A stretch of DNA of 64,000 bases from a virus (lineage: Duplodnaviria; Heunggongvirae; Uroviricota; Caudoviricetes), in the IMG/VR virus record IMGVR_UViG_2724679237_000005, positions 1 through 64,000 of that record. One strand, written 5' to 3'. Position 1 is the first letter of the stretch. Every line of letters begins with the position of its first letter. The notes under the pieces were generated by a model, which saw nothing but the letters and a program-made list of their open reading frames with translations, was not told the DNA's origin and did not search any database. Below are positions 54,506-63,403 of the stretch, piece by piece. The position numbers and the translations under genes were made by a program.

Positions 54506-55236
54506 TCAGTCACCTCATCAATCTTCACGAACTCATACCCATTGGAGGCCAGCCAGTCCCGCTGGCGCTCCCAGCTCCATACCTTTTCACGCATTTCGCT
54601 ATGCAGGCGAATGTGGGCGTCTTCTGGAAGTGCCACCAGATTCCCAGGGGCGTTATCTACCGTATCGCGGTTAATATGGTGGACATGTTCATCGTCACGT
54701 AGCTCCCGACCGAGACGTTCTTTCGCTATCAACCGATGAACGTATTCGTATTGCGAAACGCCATTGTTACCAACCAGCTGCATCATGTAGCCGTTGGTTT
54801 TTACGATGATGCCATCTTTGTAGTTGTTCGCTTCTTCTCCGATCTTTCCGCGTTTGGCAGCCGCCAGCTTTTCCTTCGTCTCCGCGCGGATTGTTCTGCC
54901 GGTTAGCTTTTTCGAAACGGTGGCCACTCGCTCATCGATATCAGCACGCAGACCGGCATTCCACGAGGTTTTCCCATACATAGGGTTGCCAGTGCCAGTC
55001 CGGGCTTCGGAGAGTCGCTTCATACGTTCGTCATTATTTTTGTTTTTGCCACGATTCCAGGCTGGGGTAGCGGAGATCCGCGCGTTTCCGCGCCTGATCC
55101 CCCATTTGGCTAATAAGCGGTCAATATTTGCCTTGCTGCAACCAGCTTCGGCGGCAATGTCTTCTTTTCTCATCAGGTCAACCATGTAACGCTGACGTAA
55201 CCATTCTTCTGTGATTTTGTACTTCGTACTCGGCAT
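54502..55236 (-). mobile_element. free-standing HNH homing endonuclease gene inside dnaE
   Basis: 244 aa. NUMOD3-like repeats (WNRGKNKNNDERMKRLSEARTG, NPMYGKTSWNAGL, TKEKLAAAKRG) and an HNH core EYVHRLIAKE...HVHHINRDTVDNAPGNLVAL. It has its own A-type motif upstream. Confidence 0.8.
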
Positions 55237-55249
55237 TTCTAAGACTCAC

Positions 55250-55285
55250 TAAACAAATTGTTTTCTTATCTTATAAATTAATTCT
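55250..55285 (-). promoter_or_regulatory. A-type promoter/leader motif in front of the HNH gene
   Basis: taaacaaattgttttcttatcttataaattaattc. Confidence 0.5.
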
Positions 55286-57648
55286 CAAATATCGAAGCTC
55301 GTTATGTCGGCATTTATTGCCATTGCTTCGGCATAAGTGCGACGCTCACCATCAGCACAAAGTAGGCGTGCTGCTTTATGGATTTTTCTCGTAGAACCGT
55401 CATCCAGTGACACTGTCACCCAGCCTTCCTCCGCTCGCTTAATGAAGTCGCCGCCAATGGATTTCATTTTCTCCATATCTTTTTTCCCGATCGCTTTCCT
55501 GACCGAGTCTGCTTCCGCCATTGAGAACCCCGCCAAGATTCGCGTAGCAGCCATGATCTGTTCCTGATAAATCAGAACACCGTTTGTGTCGCGAGAGATG
55601 TCGTCCAGCATAGGGTGTAAGGAATGTGGAGCCATGAAGCCTTTGGCCACGGAGACATAGTCGTCCAACATGCCGGATTGAATCGGGCCTGGTCGGAAGA
55701 GTGCGGTCGTGGCGACAACGGTCTTGAAGCTCATTGGCTCGATGCCACCGCCCAGATCTTTAAGCAACTTACGCATGGGGCCGGACTCCAGCTGGAATAC
55801 GCCCTGCGTGTACCCTGCAGCGAACCCATCCAGAACCTTGCGATCGTCCAGTGGGATAGCGTCGAGATTGATATCTTCACCTGTGTTCTCTTTTATGTAG
55901 CGTTTTGCACTATCGAGCAAATCGAGAGTTGCCAGGCCAAGCACGTCCAGCTTAATTAGGCCCATAGCCTCGCAGTAACGCTTGTCAAATGCGATACAAC
56001 GCGCGTCACCACGTCGTTCAACCGGTGTACGTTCTGTCAGAGGAACACCTGCTACGATCATCCCTGCCGCATGTCTACCAAAGCCACGCATAAGGCTTTG
56101 TAACTTGCAGGCTGCATTGAATGCATCAGGATATTTTGTTGCGTATTTGTCGAGACTTGCCAGTTGTTCGCGCAGTTCTTCCAATGGAAGGCTATCATCC
56201 TCAGCGTTCTTCAGTTCTTTTGATACCGCCATATCTGCGGACTCCACACCATAAATACGAGCGGTGTCACGTAGTGCAGAGGCTGCGCCCAGGTAGGTGA
56301 AGTTCGGAATGCCTGCAACGTAATCTTCGCCGTAGCGTTCATTCAGATACTCGATCACCTCATGGCGACGTGCCTGGCTGAAGTCCAAATCCGCATCTGG
56401 CAAGTCGAGACGCTCAGGGTTGATGAAACGCTCAAACAGAAGACCGTGACGGATTGGGTCGACGTTGGTTATGCCTATGCACCACGCCACCAGAGAACCG
56501 GCAGAGGAACCACGACCAGGCCCAACGGGAATGCCAGTTTCACGACTATGATTCATCAGATCGCGCACCATCAGGAAGTAACCACAGAATCCCAGGCGAG
56601 TCAGCGTGTCCATTTCGTACTTTAGCCGCTCAACATAAACCCTGTTCTCAGAAGCAGGTGGTGTGTATCCAAACTCTTTTGTGGTAAGACGTTTACGCAG
56701 CCCTGCAACAGCCAGTTTCATCAGCGTTGCAGGTTCGTCGTCTGCCATCTTGGGCAGTGCTGGTGGCAATTCATGCCAGCGCCATGTGCAGGAATCGATA
56801 ATGGTATCCTGCGTTGTTGAGGCCATTGCAGCTGTTACAGGCACATCCATGCGAACGGAGAAGGCTTTAAGCGCCTCAAGGAGATGGCGGCGACCATTGA
56901 CGGCGTTATCTCGCTGGTGGGGGATACGCAGACGATGCGGCTGGTCGATTTTGATGTTGTTCGTAACCATGTGCGCAATGTCTTTAATGTCTGCATCGTC
57001 GATCGATTCGTAATAAGCGGGATAGAACGCCACTGGCTCTATTTTCAATGCGCTGGCGACTTTCATCGCCCGGACGTTAATCTGGTCGTAGAATGGGGTA
57101 GGGTGCGGATAAACCACACTATAGAAGTTGTCTTTTCCACCCGCTGTAATCAGTGTGCTTATGATTTTTGCAAAATCGTTGCGTTGGAACACGCTACCGA
57201 TGTCGGAAGTAAGCAGGATGATGTTGCCTTTGGCATATGTAGAAACCAACTGTTCGAGCGAGAGACGCGGTACAAAGTAGAACTGTTCTCGTGTGTTGGC
57301 CGCCGTCATTAGTTCGCAGATGTCGCGATATCCTTGCTCATTTTTAATTAGAGCGGTAAACGAGTAGTTACGTCCCCGCTCTAATGATTCCATACATCTC
57401 ATAGATTCTTTAGCAAGTTTAGCCCGGTGCTCGTATGTGGGATCATCAACAATGTTTAGTTTCACACCACAAATAACCGCCATGTCGTCACCAGCGGCAC
57501 GTTGTAGTGGAATAACGCTCGCAATATTCATGCTATCTGCTGAAATTACAGCGGTGTAGCCAGCTTCTCTGGCAATCTTCACCGCGTTTTCTGCTTTTAG
57601 AGCCGACTCCCCAAGTGAGAAGTCAGTTCGAACCATCAGTGCCTTCAT
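55285..57648 (-). CDS. dnaE: DNA polymerase III alpha, N-terminal fragment (PHP, palm, thumb, part of fingers)
   Basis: 787 aa. GSSAGSLVAWCIGITNVDP and the catalytic LPDADLDF are present. DnaE homology ends at FIKRAEEG and is followed by a 45-aa unrelated tail. Confidence 0.85.
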   Translation of the reverse strand: MKALMVRTDFSLGESALKAENAVKIAREAGYTAVISADSMNIASVIPLQRAAGDDMAVICGVKLNIVDDPTYEHRAKLAKESMRCMESLERGRNYSFTALIKNEQGYRDICELMTAANTREQFYFVPRLSLEQLVSTYAKGNIILLTSDIGSVFQRNDFAKIISTLITAGGKDNFYSVVYPHPTPFYDQINVRAMKVASALKIEPVAFYPAYYESIDDADIKDIAHMVTNNIKIDQPHRLRIPHQRDNAVNGRRHLLEALKAFSVRMDVPVTAAMASTTQDTIIDSCTWRWHELPPALPKMADDEPATLMKLAVAGLRKRLTTKEFGYTPPASENRVYVERLKYEMDTLTRLGFCGYFLMVRDLMNHSRETGIPVGPGRGSSAGSLVAWCIGITNVDPIRHGLLFERFINPERLDLPDADLDFSQARRHEVIEYLNERYGEDYVAGIPNFTYLGAASALRDTARIYGVESADMAVSKELKNAEDDSLPLEELREQLASLDKYATKYPDAFNAACKLQSLMRGFGRHAAGMIVAGVPLTERTPVERRGDARCIAFDKRYCEAMGLIKLDVLGLATLDLLDSAKRYIKENTGEDINLDAIPLDDRKVLDGFAAGYTQGVFQLESGPMRKLLKDLGGGIEPMSFKTVVATTALFRPGPIQSGMLDDYVSVAKGFMAPHSLHPMLDDISRDTNGVLIYQEQIMAATRILAGFSMAEADSVRKAIGKKDMEKMKSIGGDFIKRAEEGWVTVSLDDGSTRKIHKAARLLCADGERRTYAEAMAINADITSFDI

Positions 57649-57832
57649 GTGTTTTTACCTTTCTGGTTTTTTTGATTTTGTCATTGGGGAAGCCTACGAA
57701 CTTCCCATGCATCGAAATCGCAACTTCTTTTGCTGATTGGTGACAATCGGGCTTGTCTGGACACACCAGACAAGCCTTACCAGTTTCAGAAGCAGCGATA
57801 AGAGAGCCGAAACATCCTTTACGCACGATCAA
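57623..57832 (-). CDS. possible small Cys-rich protein
   Basis: 69-aa ORF with a TTG start overlapping the AAA+ gene's stop. Contains CLVCPDKPDC and overlaps the dnaE start by 26 nt. Confidence 0.25.
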   Translation of the reverse strand: MIVRKGCFGSLIAASETGKACLVCPDKPDCHQSAKEVAISMHGKFVGFPNDKIKKTRKVKTHEGTDGSN

Positions 57833-59064
57833 CCAAATATTTTTTGAACAACTTCACGAGCCGCTTGTGCAGAAGCTGAAGGGAGTTTGTTAATGAAAGA
57901 ACGCTCAATACCTGTCACAAAGTCGCCTCGCATCATTCCAATCTTGGCCGACAACAAAAGTTCACGAGGGCCAATTGGCTGACTGATAAGGTGTTCTTCG
58001 TATCCATCGCGAACGATACCGGCAAACTTAACCATCTTTTCTGCGTATTCATCCACGATACCGGCATTTATCAACATGTTGATCTCTGCCTCTTTGCTCA
58101 TGTATTTCACATTCGAAACGATGCCAAAACGCGAAAAGTTCGCGGCGTTCTGGATGTTTGTACCCTGGTACAAGCCGGTTTCATCACCAGATCCGTTCGT
58201 GTTGCCAGTGCCAATGAAAGCAAACCGTTCATGCGGAGTAATGCGACGCCATTCTGGAGTCGCCTCTTTGATGACCAACGCTTCACCTTCCAGCACTGGC
58301 TGATACACGCCAAGAATCTGTGGAAACGCAAAGTCGTATTCATCCGCGAGGTAAACCCAGCCATGCTTCATTGCGAGCGCAAGCAAGCCAGGTTCGAAAT
58401 ACGTAGAGCCATCACGCGCCAGAATTTGCCCCGTAACATGTGCCTCTTCCATTGATGCTGTATGTTGGGCACGGATCAACGGACGATTGAGCAAAGCACA
58501 TAGCTGTGTAGGCAATGACGATTTGCCTGTTCCTGCATGACCCCACAAATAGCCAGGTATGCCAAGTTCAAGCATCATGAAAATATCTTTGATCAGTTCG
58601 AAGTCGCCATATACGTAGCCTTTCTTCACTTCGGGAACGAACTCTGGAAACGGCGTATTGACGTTGACGCTAACCATGAGCGGCGTCCCACGTTTTGTTC
58701 CGAGTTCTTCCACCGTTACGTCTAGCAGTTCGTGAGCTGCGACCAGATCTGTCTTGTACTCAACTGTGCCTGTGTAGCCTGGGCTACTGGTCACGCCAGA
58801 TGATTTGGCCATTTCGCTTTTTTGCTCGGCACGTTTAGCTTGAATTGCATCAAGTGCCTTTTTCGATAGCGTTGGCTCATCTGGAAACTGTGTTGTGTAC
58901 ATTTTCAGTACGGTGTCAGGATCGGCATCTTTTACTGACTCAGGAATGCCCTCGCAATTACCATTGGCTACATGGGACTTAAAATAGTGAAATGATTTTC
59001 CGCACCACTTGCAAACAAGGTAATCAGAAGGATTTTTTTCATTTTGCAGTGCAGTAGTCGTCAT
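57829..59064 (-). CDS. AAA+ ATPase (CobS/MoxR-like)
   Basis: 411 aa. N-terminal Cys cluster CKWCGKSF, Walker A GHAGTGKSS and Walker B VYLADEYD. Confidence 0.7.
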   Translation of the reverse strand: MTTTALQNEKNPSDYLVCKWCGKSFHYFKSHVANGNCEGIPESVKDADPDTVLKMYTTQFPDEPTLSKKALDAIQAKRAEQKSEMAKSSGVTSSPGYTGTVEYKTDLVAAHELLDVTVEELGTKRGTPLMVSVNVNTPFPEFVPEVKKGYVYGDFELIKDIFMMLELGIPGYLWGHAGTGKSSLPTQLCALLNRPLIRAQHTASMEEAHVTGQILARDGSTYFEPGLLALAMKHGWVYLADEYDFAFPQILGVYQPVLEGEALVIKEATPEWRRITPHERFAFIGTGNTNGSGDETGLYQGTNIQNAANFSRFGIVSNVKYMSKEAEINMLINAGIVDEYAEKMVKFAGIVRDGYEEHLISQPIGPRELLLSAKIGMMRGDFVTGIERSFINKLPSASAQAAREVVQKIFG

Positions 59065-59122
59065 GCGTTTTTCCTTTGTTTTCTAATGAGCGTTCAACTT
59101 CTTATATAAATATATCATTAAC

Positions 59123-59142
59123 TATCGTAAGTGGTTACTTAT
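59123..59142. promoter_or_regulatory. B-type palindromic operator-like motif
   Basis: tatcgtaagtggttacttat. Confidence 0.45.
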
Positions 59143-59159
59143 CATTAAGGCTGTTTTGT

Positions 59160-61268
59160 TCACTTTAAAATGATACGAGATAGTTCAGTAACTACAGATG
59201 AACCAAGACTATCAACGCTCGTTACCAGGGCATGATTTGAGTAAAATCTCTCCGGTGCGTCAGTCATGATGCCAATTGCCATCAAATCAATGTCAGTCTG
59301 CGTTTCAATTTGTTTCGCAACCGAACGCAAATGAGCGTCAAAACCTCTCCCAACAGCCCACGGCGCGCCATCACTCAGAACAAGCATGATCTTCCTGTCC
59401 TCCATGCGACCGGAAAATAACGATGCAAGGCTGGCTATGCTTTCACCATCCACGTTATTAAGAAGTGGGAATGTGTAGCCTACGCACCCCATACGTGAGC
59501 GAACTTCGCGAGAATTTACCTTTTCATTCCAATTTTTGATGATAGGTAGCATTAAAGATTCAAAGCGAGAGAACTCATACTTGACAGCCTTAAGTTCTCC
59601 TGCCGCCATATGACTACCAAATGTAGTGAAGCCGGTGATAATGTTGGGAACATTTATTCGATCAAGGGCATCGGCGATGGTATATGCACTTGCAAGAGCC
59701 AATTGTATCGTTATACCACTCATTGAACCTGATAAATCAATCACTTGTTGAACACAGGCGTTAACGGCTTTAGATTCTTCTTTTTTACGAAACACGCGAT
59801 CATCATTCATTGCTAATCTGTAGATACTAGAACCATGAATGCGCCCCCGACGCTGGCCCGGTATAAACTGAACTCTGTTTCTGCTTGCTATTGCTCGCTC
59901 TAGGTCTTTTGCCAGCGTCGACGAAACACCTGACGAAAGATGCTTTTCAATATATTTGTCGAAGAGCTGGTTGCCTTCAGGAACGATGCGATAGCGGCTG
60001 ATTGGATATCCTCCCAAATCAATATCGGAGAATGTTTTAATAAGCCGTTTGATATGGGCTTCTGCCTGATCAATCGAGCCGATGAAGTCGTATGAGCGAT
60101 TGTATGGCCTGTATTCGCTTTTCGAGCTTTCTGTTAACTCGCTTTTAATCGTTTCGGATAGAGCATCTTCTGTCATGCCTCCGACTTCATCTTCTATGCT
60201 ATCCAGCTCCTCTAAAGCCTCTTCCAGACTCATTTTTGACGGAGTTGGAATATCTGAAGAGCCGTCTTCTGTCGTTTTTCTTTTTTCGTGGTCAGCGGTT
60301 AATGATTCTGACGCCGCGTTATCAGAAGCATCAGAATCTGATACCTCTTCATCATTTTCTGTATCATCGAATATTGTTTCTGATGATTCAGAATTATCTG
60401 AATCATCACTGTCGTTATTATCATGTTTGTGCTTACTGTGTGATTCTGGTTTGATAGATTTGTGATTATCTAACGCTGAGGGTGTCTCATAATCTTCGTT
60501 ATCTTCATTGTTTTCTCCAGAGGCATCCGTCTGGTCAGCGTCTGAAGGATCGGAAGTTTTTCCCGGAGCTGACTCCTTACCTTTGCTTTCACTTTCAGTG
60601 TCTTTGAGGATCTTAGCTATGGTCGCAGCCACCTTTACACAATCCTCGGTGCAAGACATGTTACGCACAGCCACATCGATACCATGTTCTTTTAATAATG
60701 AAATTGGTTTCTCAATGACAGGCCAGTATTCATCCATGAAATCTACGAACGGTGCTTGGCCATCCCAGGCTCTTACAACCGGACAGAGAAAGAAGTTTAG
60801 AAAAAGCGCGCGCTGATCTTTGCCACAATAAGCAATAGCCTCTGAAGCCTTTGGTTTAAAGACTTTTTCGATTATAAGGCGCTGAGTTGCCATCAGATTA
60901 CGTCTTGTTCCGTTAAAGACCTGCCCCATTTTTCGCTCGATGAACACGTCTTCTAAGGCATTCCATAGCGACCAGGAAGGAACGCGTCCTTTTTCTCTCA
61001 TTTTGTTGGACACACGAATATCGGTAAACAAAATGTGAGCAACCTCATGATCGAGAAATCCGCGCACAGCATTCATCAATGCCGGTGTTGCGTTATCCGG
61101 GATTGATGGGATGTTTACGAGAATTGGCTCTCCATCATCGTTATAGCGTACATAAGCGTCGTCCCCTCGTTCTGCAACAGGGATGTTTTTACCTGAAAGG
61201 AGAGCGACAACTCGTTTTACACTGTCACGGAAGTCCTGAACCTCTTTGATGGAACGTTTTTTAGACAT
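59160..61268 (-). CDS. VWA-domain protein (CobT-like)
   Basis: 702 aa. A central Asp/Ser/Glu-rich low-complexity region and a C-terminal VWA domain with MIDAS DLSGSMSG. Confidence 0.7.
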   Translation of the reverse strand: MSKKRSIKEVQDFRDSVKRVVALLSGKNIPVAERGDDAYVRYNDDGEPILVNIPSIPDNATPALMNAVRGFLDHEVAHILFTDIRVSNKMREKGRVPSWSLWNALEDVFIERKMGQVFNGTRRNLMATQRLIIEKVFKPKASEAIAYCGKDQRALFLNFFLCPVVRAWDGQAPFVDFMDEYWPVIEKPISLLKEHGIDVAVRNMSCTEDCVKVAATIAKILKDTESESKGKESAPGKTSDPSDADQTDASGENNEDNEDYETPSALDNHKSIKPESHSKHKHDNNDSDDSDNSESSETIFDDTENDEEVSDSDASDNAASESLTADHEKRKTTEDGSSDIPTPSKMSLEEALEELDSIEDEVGGMTEDALSETIKSELTESSKSEYRPYNRSYDFIGSIDQAEAHIKRLIKTFSDIDLGGYPISRYRIVPEGNQLFDKYIEKHLSSGVSSTLAKDLERAIASRNRVQFIPGQRRGRIHGSSIYRLAMNDDRVFRKKEESKAVNACVQQVIDLSGSMSGITIQLALASAYTIADALDRINVPNIITGFTTFGSHMAAGELKAVKYEFSRFESLMLPIIKNWNEKVNSREVRSRMGCVGYTFPLLNNVDGESIASLASLFSGRMEDRKIMLVLSDGAPWAVGRGFDAHLRSVAKQIETQTDIDLMAIGIMTDAPERFYSNHALVTSVDSLGSSVVTELSRIILK

Positions 61269-61284
61269 GGCTAATCCTTTGTTA

Positions 61285-61318
61285 TGAAAACAAATTATTT
61301 ACTAGTGTGTTTAATGTA
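61285..61318 (-). promoter_or_regulatory. A-type promoter/leader motif (degenerate)
   Basis: gaaaacaaattatttactagtgtgtttaatgtag. Confidence 0.35.
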
Positions 61319-61366
61319 GCACTGCGCGAACAGGGAACTAAGCCATTCGCGCAGGGAGAAGAGGGG

Positions 61367-61579
61367 TTAACAGATTCTGACGGCTAAAGACCCGGAGCCG
61401 GTATTGAGAAGCGTGAAGCGTTTGTTGTTAAGTTCGAATATAAAGCCAGTTGTGTCATTCACACCAACCTGAATCTGCTCATTCGGTAGATCGGTGAGGA
61501 TGTCAGCTACACACTCATCAGCTAATTTCTGTACGTGTCCGATCTCAAGAGCGATTAGGCTGGAAATAGTGGTTTTCAT
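61367..61579 (-). CDS. hypothetical small protein, divergent from the XRE gene
   Basis: 70-aa ORF. Confidence 0.45.
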   Translation of the reverse strand: MKTTISSLIALEIGHVQKLADECVADILTDLPNEQIQVGVNDTTGFIFELNNKRFTLLNTGSGSLAVRIC

Positions 61580-61782
61580 TCAATCAATCCATTCTAACTT
61601 ATACTATGGTAAGGAATACTACTAAAATTTGTATCAATACTGAATACATCTATATCAGATGCAAGTTAATTTTCTTACCTATTTTGGGCTGGTTTTTCTC
61701 CATGCATGGACCTTTGCTCGGTCTTACAAGTGCCTGCCGAAAAAAATGATAATAGCTTTACAACCCTAATCTTTGATGTAAT

Positions 61783-61802
61783 ATCGGTAAGCACTTACCA
61801 GA
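61783..61802. promoter_or_regulatory. B-type operator immediately upstream of the XRE repressor gene
   Basis: atcggtaagcacttaccaga. A further half-site, cttacctat, lies at 61673-61683. Confidence 0.5.
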
Positions 61803-61830
61803 GAGAATTAAACGCGCAAAGGTTGTAATA

Positions 61831-62217
61831 ATGTCTGACAACAAGATTGAATTTATAGAAAGTCGCTATGCTGCTTTTATCGCAGGGCTGATTGAATCCT
61901 CACCTATGAGTCAGGCCCAAATAGCCAGACTTATTGGTTATAAAAATGCCAACAACCTTTCTTTAATTAAAAGTGGCAAAATTCCTTTGCCTATCGATAA
62001 GGTTCGTCCGCTGGCGCTGGCGCTGGGTATTGAGCCAAGTCGTCTTATGATGATGGTGCTGGAAGAACGCCAACCTGAACTCGCAGCATTTTTATACAAA
62101 GAAGGCACCGCTCCTCTTAACGAGGACGAAAAACAGGTTCTTGCTGCATATAACGAGCGATTCGGTAAAGAGAAAGGCGCATCACAAAAGGTTGTTGAGG
62201 CCATAAAGTCTCTATGA
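61831..62217 (+). CDS. XRE/Cro-CI-family HTH regulator
   Basis: 128 aa. HTH segment MSQAQIARLIGYKNANNLSLIKSGK. Confidence 0.75.
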   Translation: MSDNKIEFIESRYAAFIAGLIESSPMSQAQIARLIGYKNANNLSLIKSGKIPLPIDKVRPLALALGIEPSRLMMMVLEERQPELAAFLYKEGTAPLNEDEKQVLAAYNERFGKEKGASQKVVEAIKSL

Positions 62218-63315
62218 AAAATTTACACGAATAAGCTCTGTTGATAGACGATCTCCCTTGAATTTGTGGTCAATTTCGTCTAAATCCGGTTGCTCTACGA
62301 TTGATGCGATGTACGTCGAGAAACTTTCTAAGGCGTCTCGCATCTCGTCCATATAATCGTGCCGGTCGTAGACCCGATCTATCCCCTCAAGACTGTGGTT
62401 CATGATTTTGCGTGATACCTCCTGGCTTATGCCTAATGCTGGGAAGTAACTACGCGCAGTACGGCGCAAATCTCGGGGTGTAAATGGCTCAAGCTCCATC
62501 AGTTCTGGTCGTTCCAGAATACGACGTAATGCCTGGGCTATTGCCACTTTAGACATAGGAAGGTCTTTCCCGATTTTTTTATTCGAAGGCACGAGCCACT
62601 GGCTATCTTTACCGTATTCGAACAACTCTTCAATGCATGTGCGCATTAATGTGCTTAAAGGCAGCGAATGCTCACGTGCTGACTTGTTTCTTTTGCCTTG
62701 ATTCCAAACCCCACGCTTAAGATTGAACTCACTTTTTTTAGCCCGCAGTACTTCGTCAGGTCGTCTTGCTGATACAAGACACAGCCTGGCCGCCCATTTT
62801 GTACCAGCGCACACATTGAAGTAGTCCCATATATTCCAGAACACCCATACCTCTGCGTCGGTCAGCTTCCGCTCGCGAGGTGTGGGCTTTGCGCCACCGG
62901 CAACTTTGTTTAGTGACATATCGTTTAACGGTGACACGTCTATCATTCCCTGGAAGGCGCACCAGCTAAGGAACTGCTTCATCAGAGAGAAAACGCGGCG
63001 GCCCATAACAATTTTGCCATCCAGTATTAGTGGGTTGACCAGTTGGTTCACCATGAACCTATTAATGTCACTTACTTTTACATCGGCAATGTGCGGCAAA
63101 ACATGTATCAAAATACAATGAACAGCGATCTCTGGCCGACGTCTTGTTATCAGCAGAGATAAGCGAGTGAATAACATGAATGCGTCCGAGAATCTCATGT
63201 CATTGCTGACCTGGGAGATCATAACGGCCTGCATTTGAGATGCTCTTTCGAGATACTCAATCGCCTCTTTTGAGGTGTTCTCCGCAGCGCGTGCTCTGTC
63301 AAAGCTATTTTTCAT
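62212..63315 (-). CDS. tyrosine site-specific recombinase
   Basis: 367 aa. Arg (ARRPDEV), LPL, TPRDLRRTARS and HSLEGIDRVYDRHDY cover the R-H-R-Y catalytic layout. Confidence 0.85.
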   Translation of the reverse strand: MKNSFDRARAAENTSKEAIEYLERASQMQAVMISQVSNDMRFSDAFMLFTRLSLLITRRRPEIAVHCILIHVLPHIADVKVSDINRFMVNQLVNPLILDGKIVMGRRVFSLMKQFLSWCAFQGMIDVSPLNDMSLNKVAGGAKPTPRERKLTDAEVWVFWNIWDYFNVCAGTKWAARLCLVSARRPDEVLRAKKSEFNLKRGVWNQGKRNKSAREHSLPLSTLMRTCIEELFEYGKDSQWLVPSNKKIGKDLPMSKVAIAQALRRILERPELMELEPFTPRDLRRTARSYFPALGISQEVSRKIMNHSLEGIDRVYDRHDYMDEMRDALESFSTYIASIVEQPDLDEIDHKFKGDRLSTELIRVNFS

Positions 63316-63341
63316 ATGACAATCACCGAGTTACGCCGATG

Positions 63342-63361
63342 TACTGTATAAGTAAACAGTA
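63342..63361. promoter_or_regulatory. LexA (SOS) box
   Basis: tactgtataagtaaacagta matches 17/20 positions of TACTGTATATATATACAGTA, with perfect CTGT-N8-ACAG spacing. Confidence 0.7.
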
Positions 63362-63389
63362 TATTAGGCATAGATTCTTATAGGATCAA
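63361..63389 (-). promoter_or_regulatory. sigma70-type promoter of the recombinase gene
   Basis: The minus strand reads TTGATC-17 nt-TAATAT. The LexA box starts at the last base of the -10 hexamer. Confidence 0.6.
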
Positions 63390-63403
63390 GAGTAAAAGTA
63401 ACT

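Noticed and set aside
54479-55425. Active intein or group I intron as the explanation for the dnaE interruption.
   Set aside because: For an intein: there is no Cys/Ser/Thr at the N-junction (Gly-Trp), no His-Asn plus nucleophile at the C-junction, an in-frame stop, and only about 56 residues of possible HINT sequence. For a group I intron: I found no convincing P1/IGS pairing to the exon end, only about 25 nt lie between the HNH stop and the exon, and a standard backbone promoter motif sits inside. Neither is excluded experimentally, so both are listed as tests.
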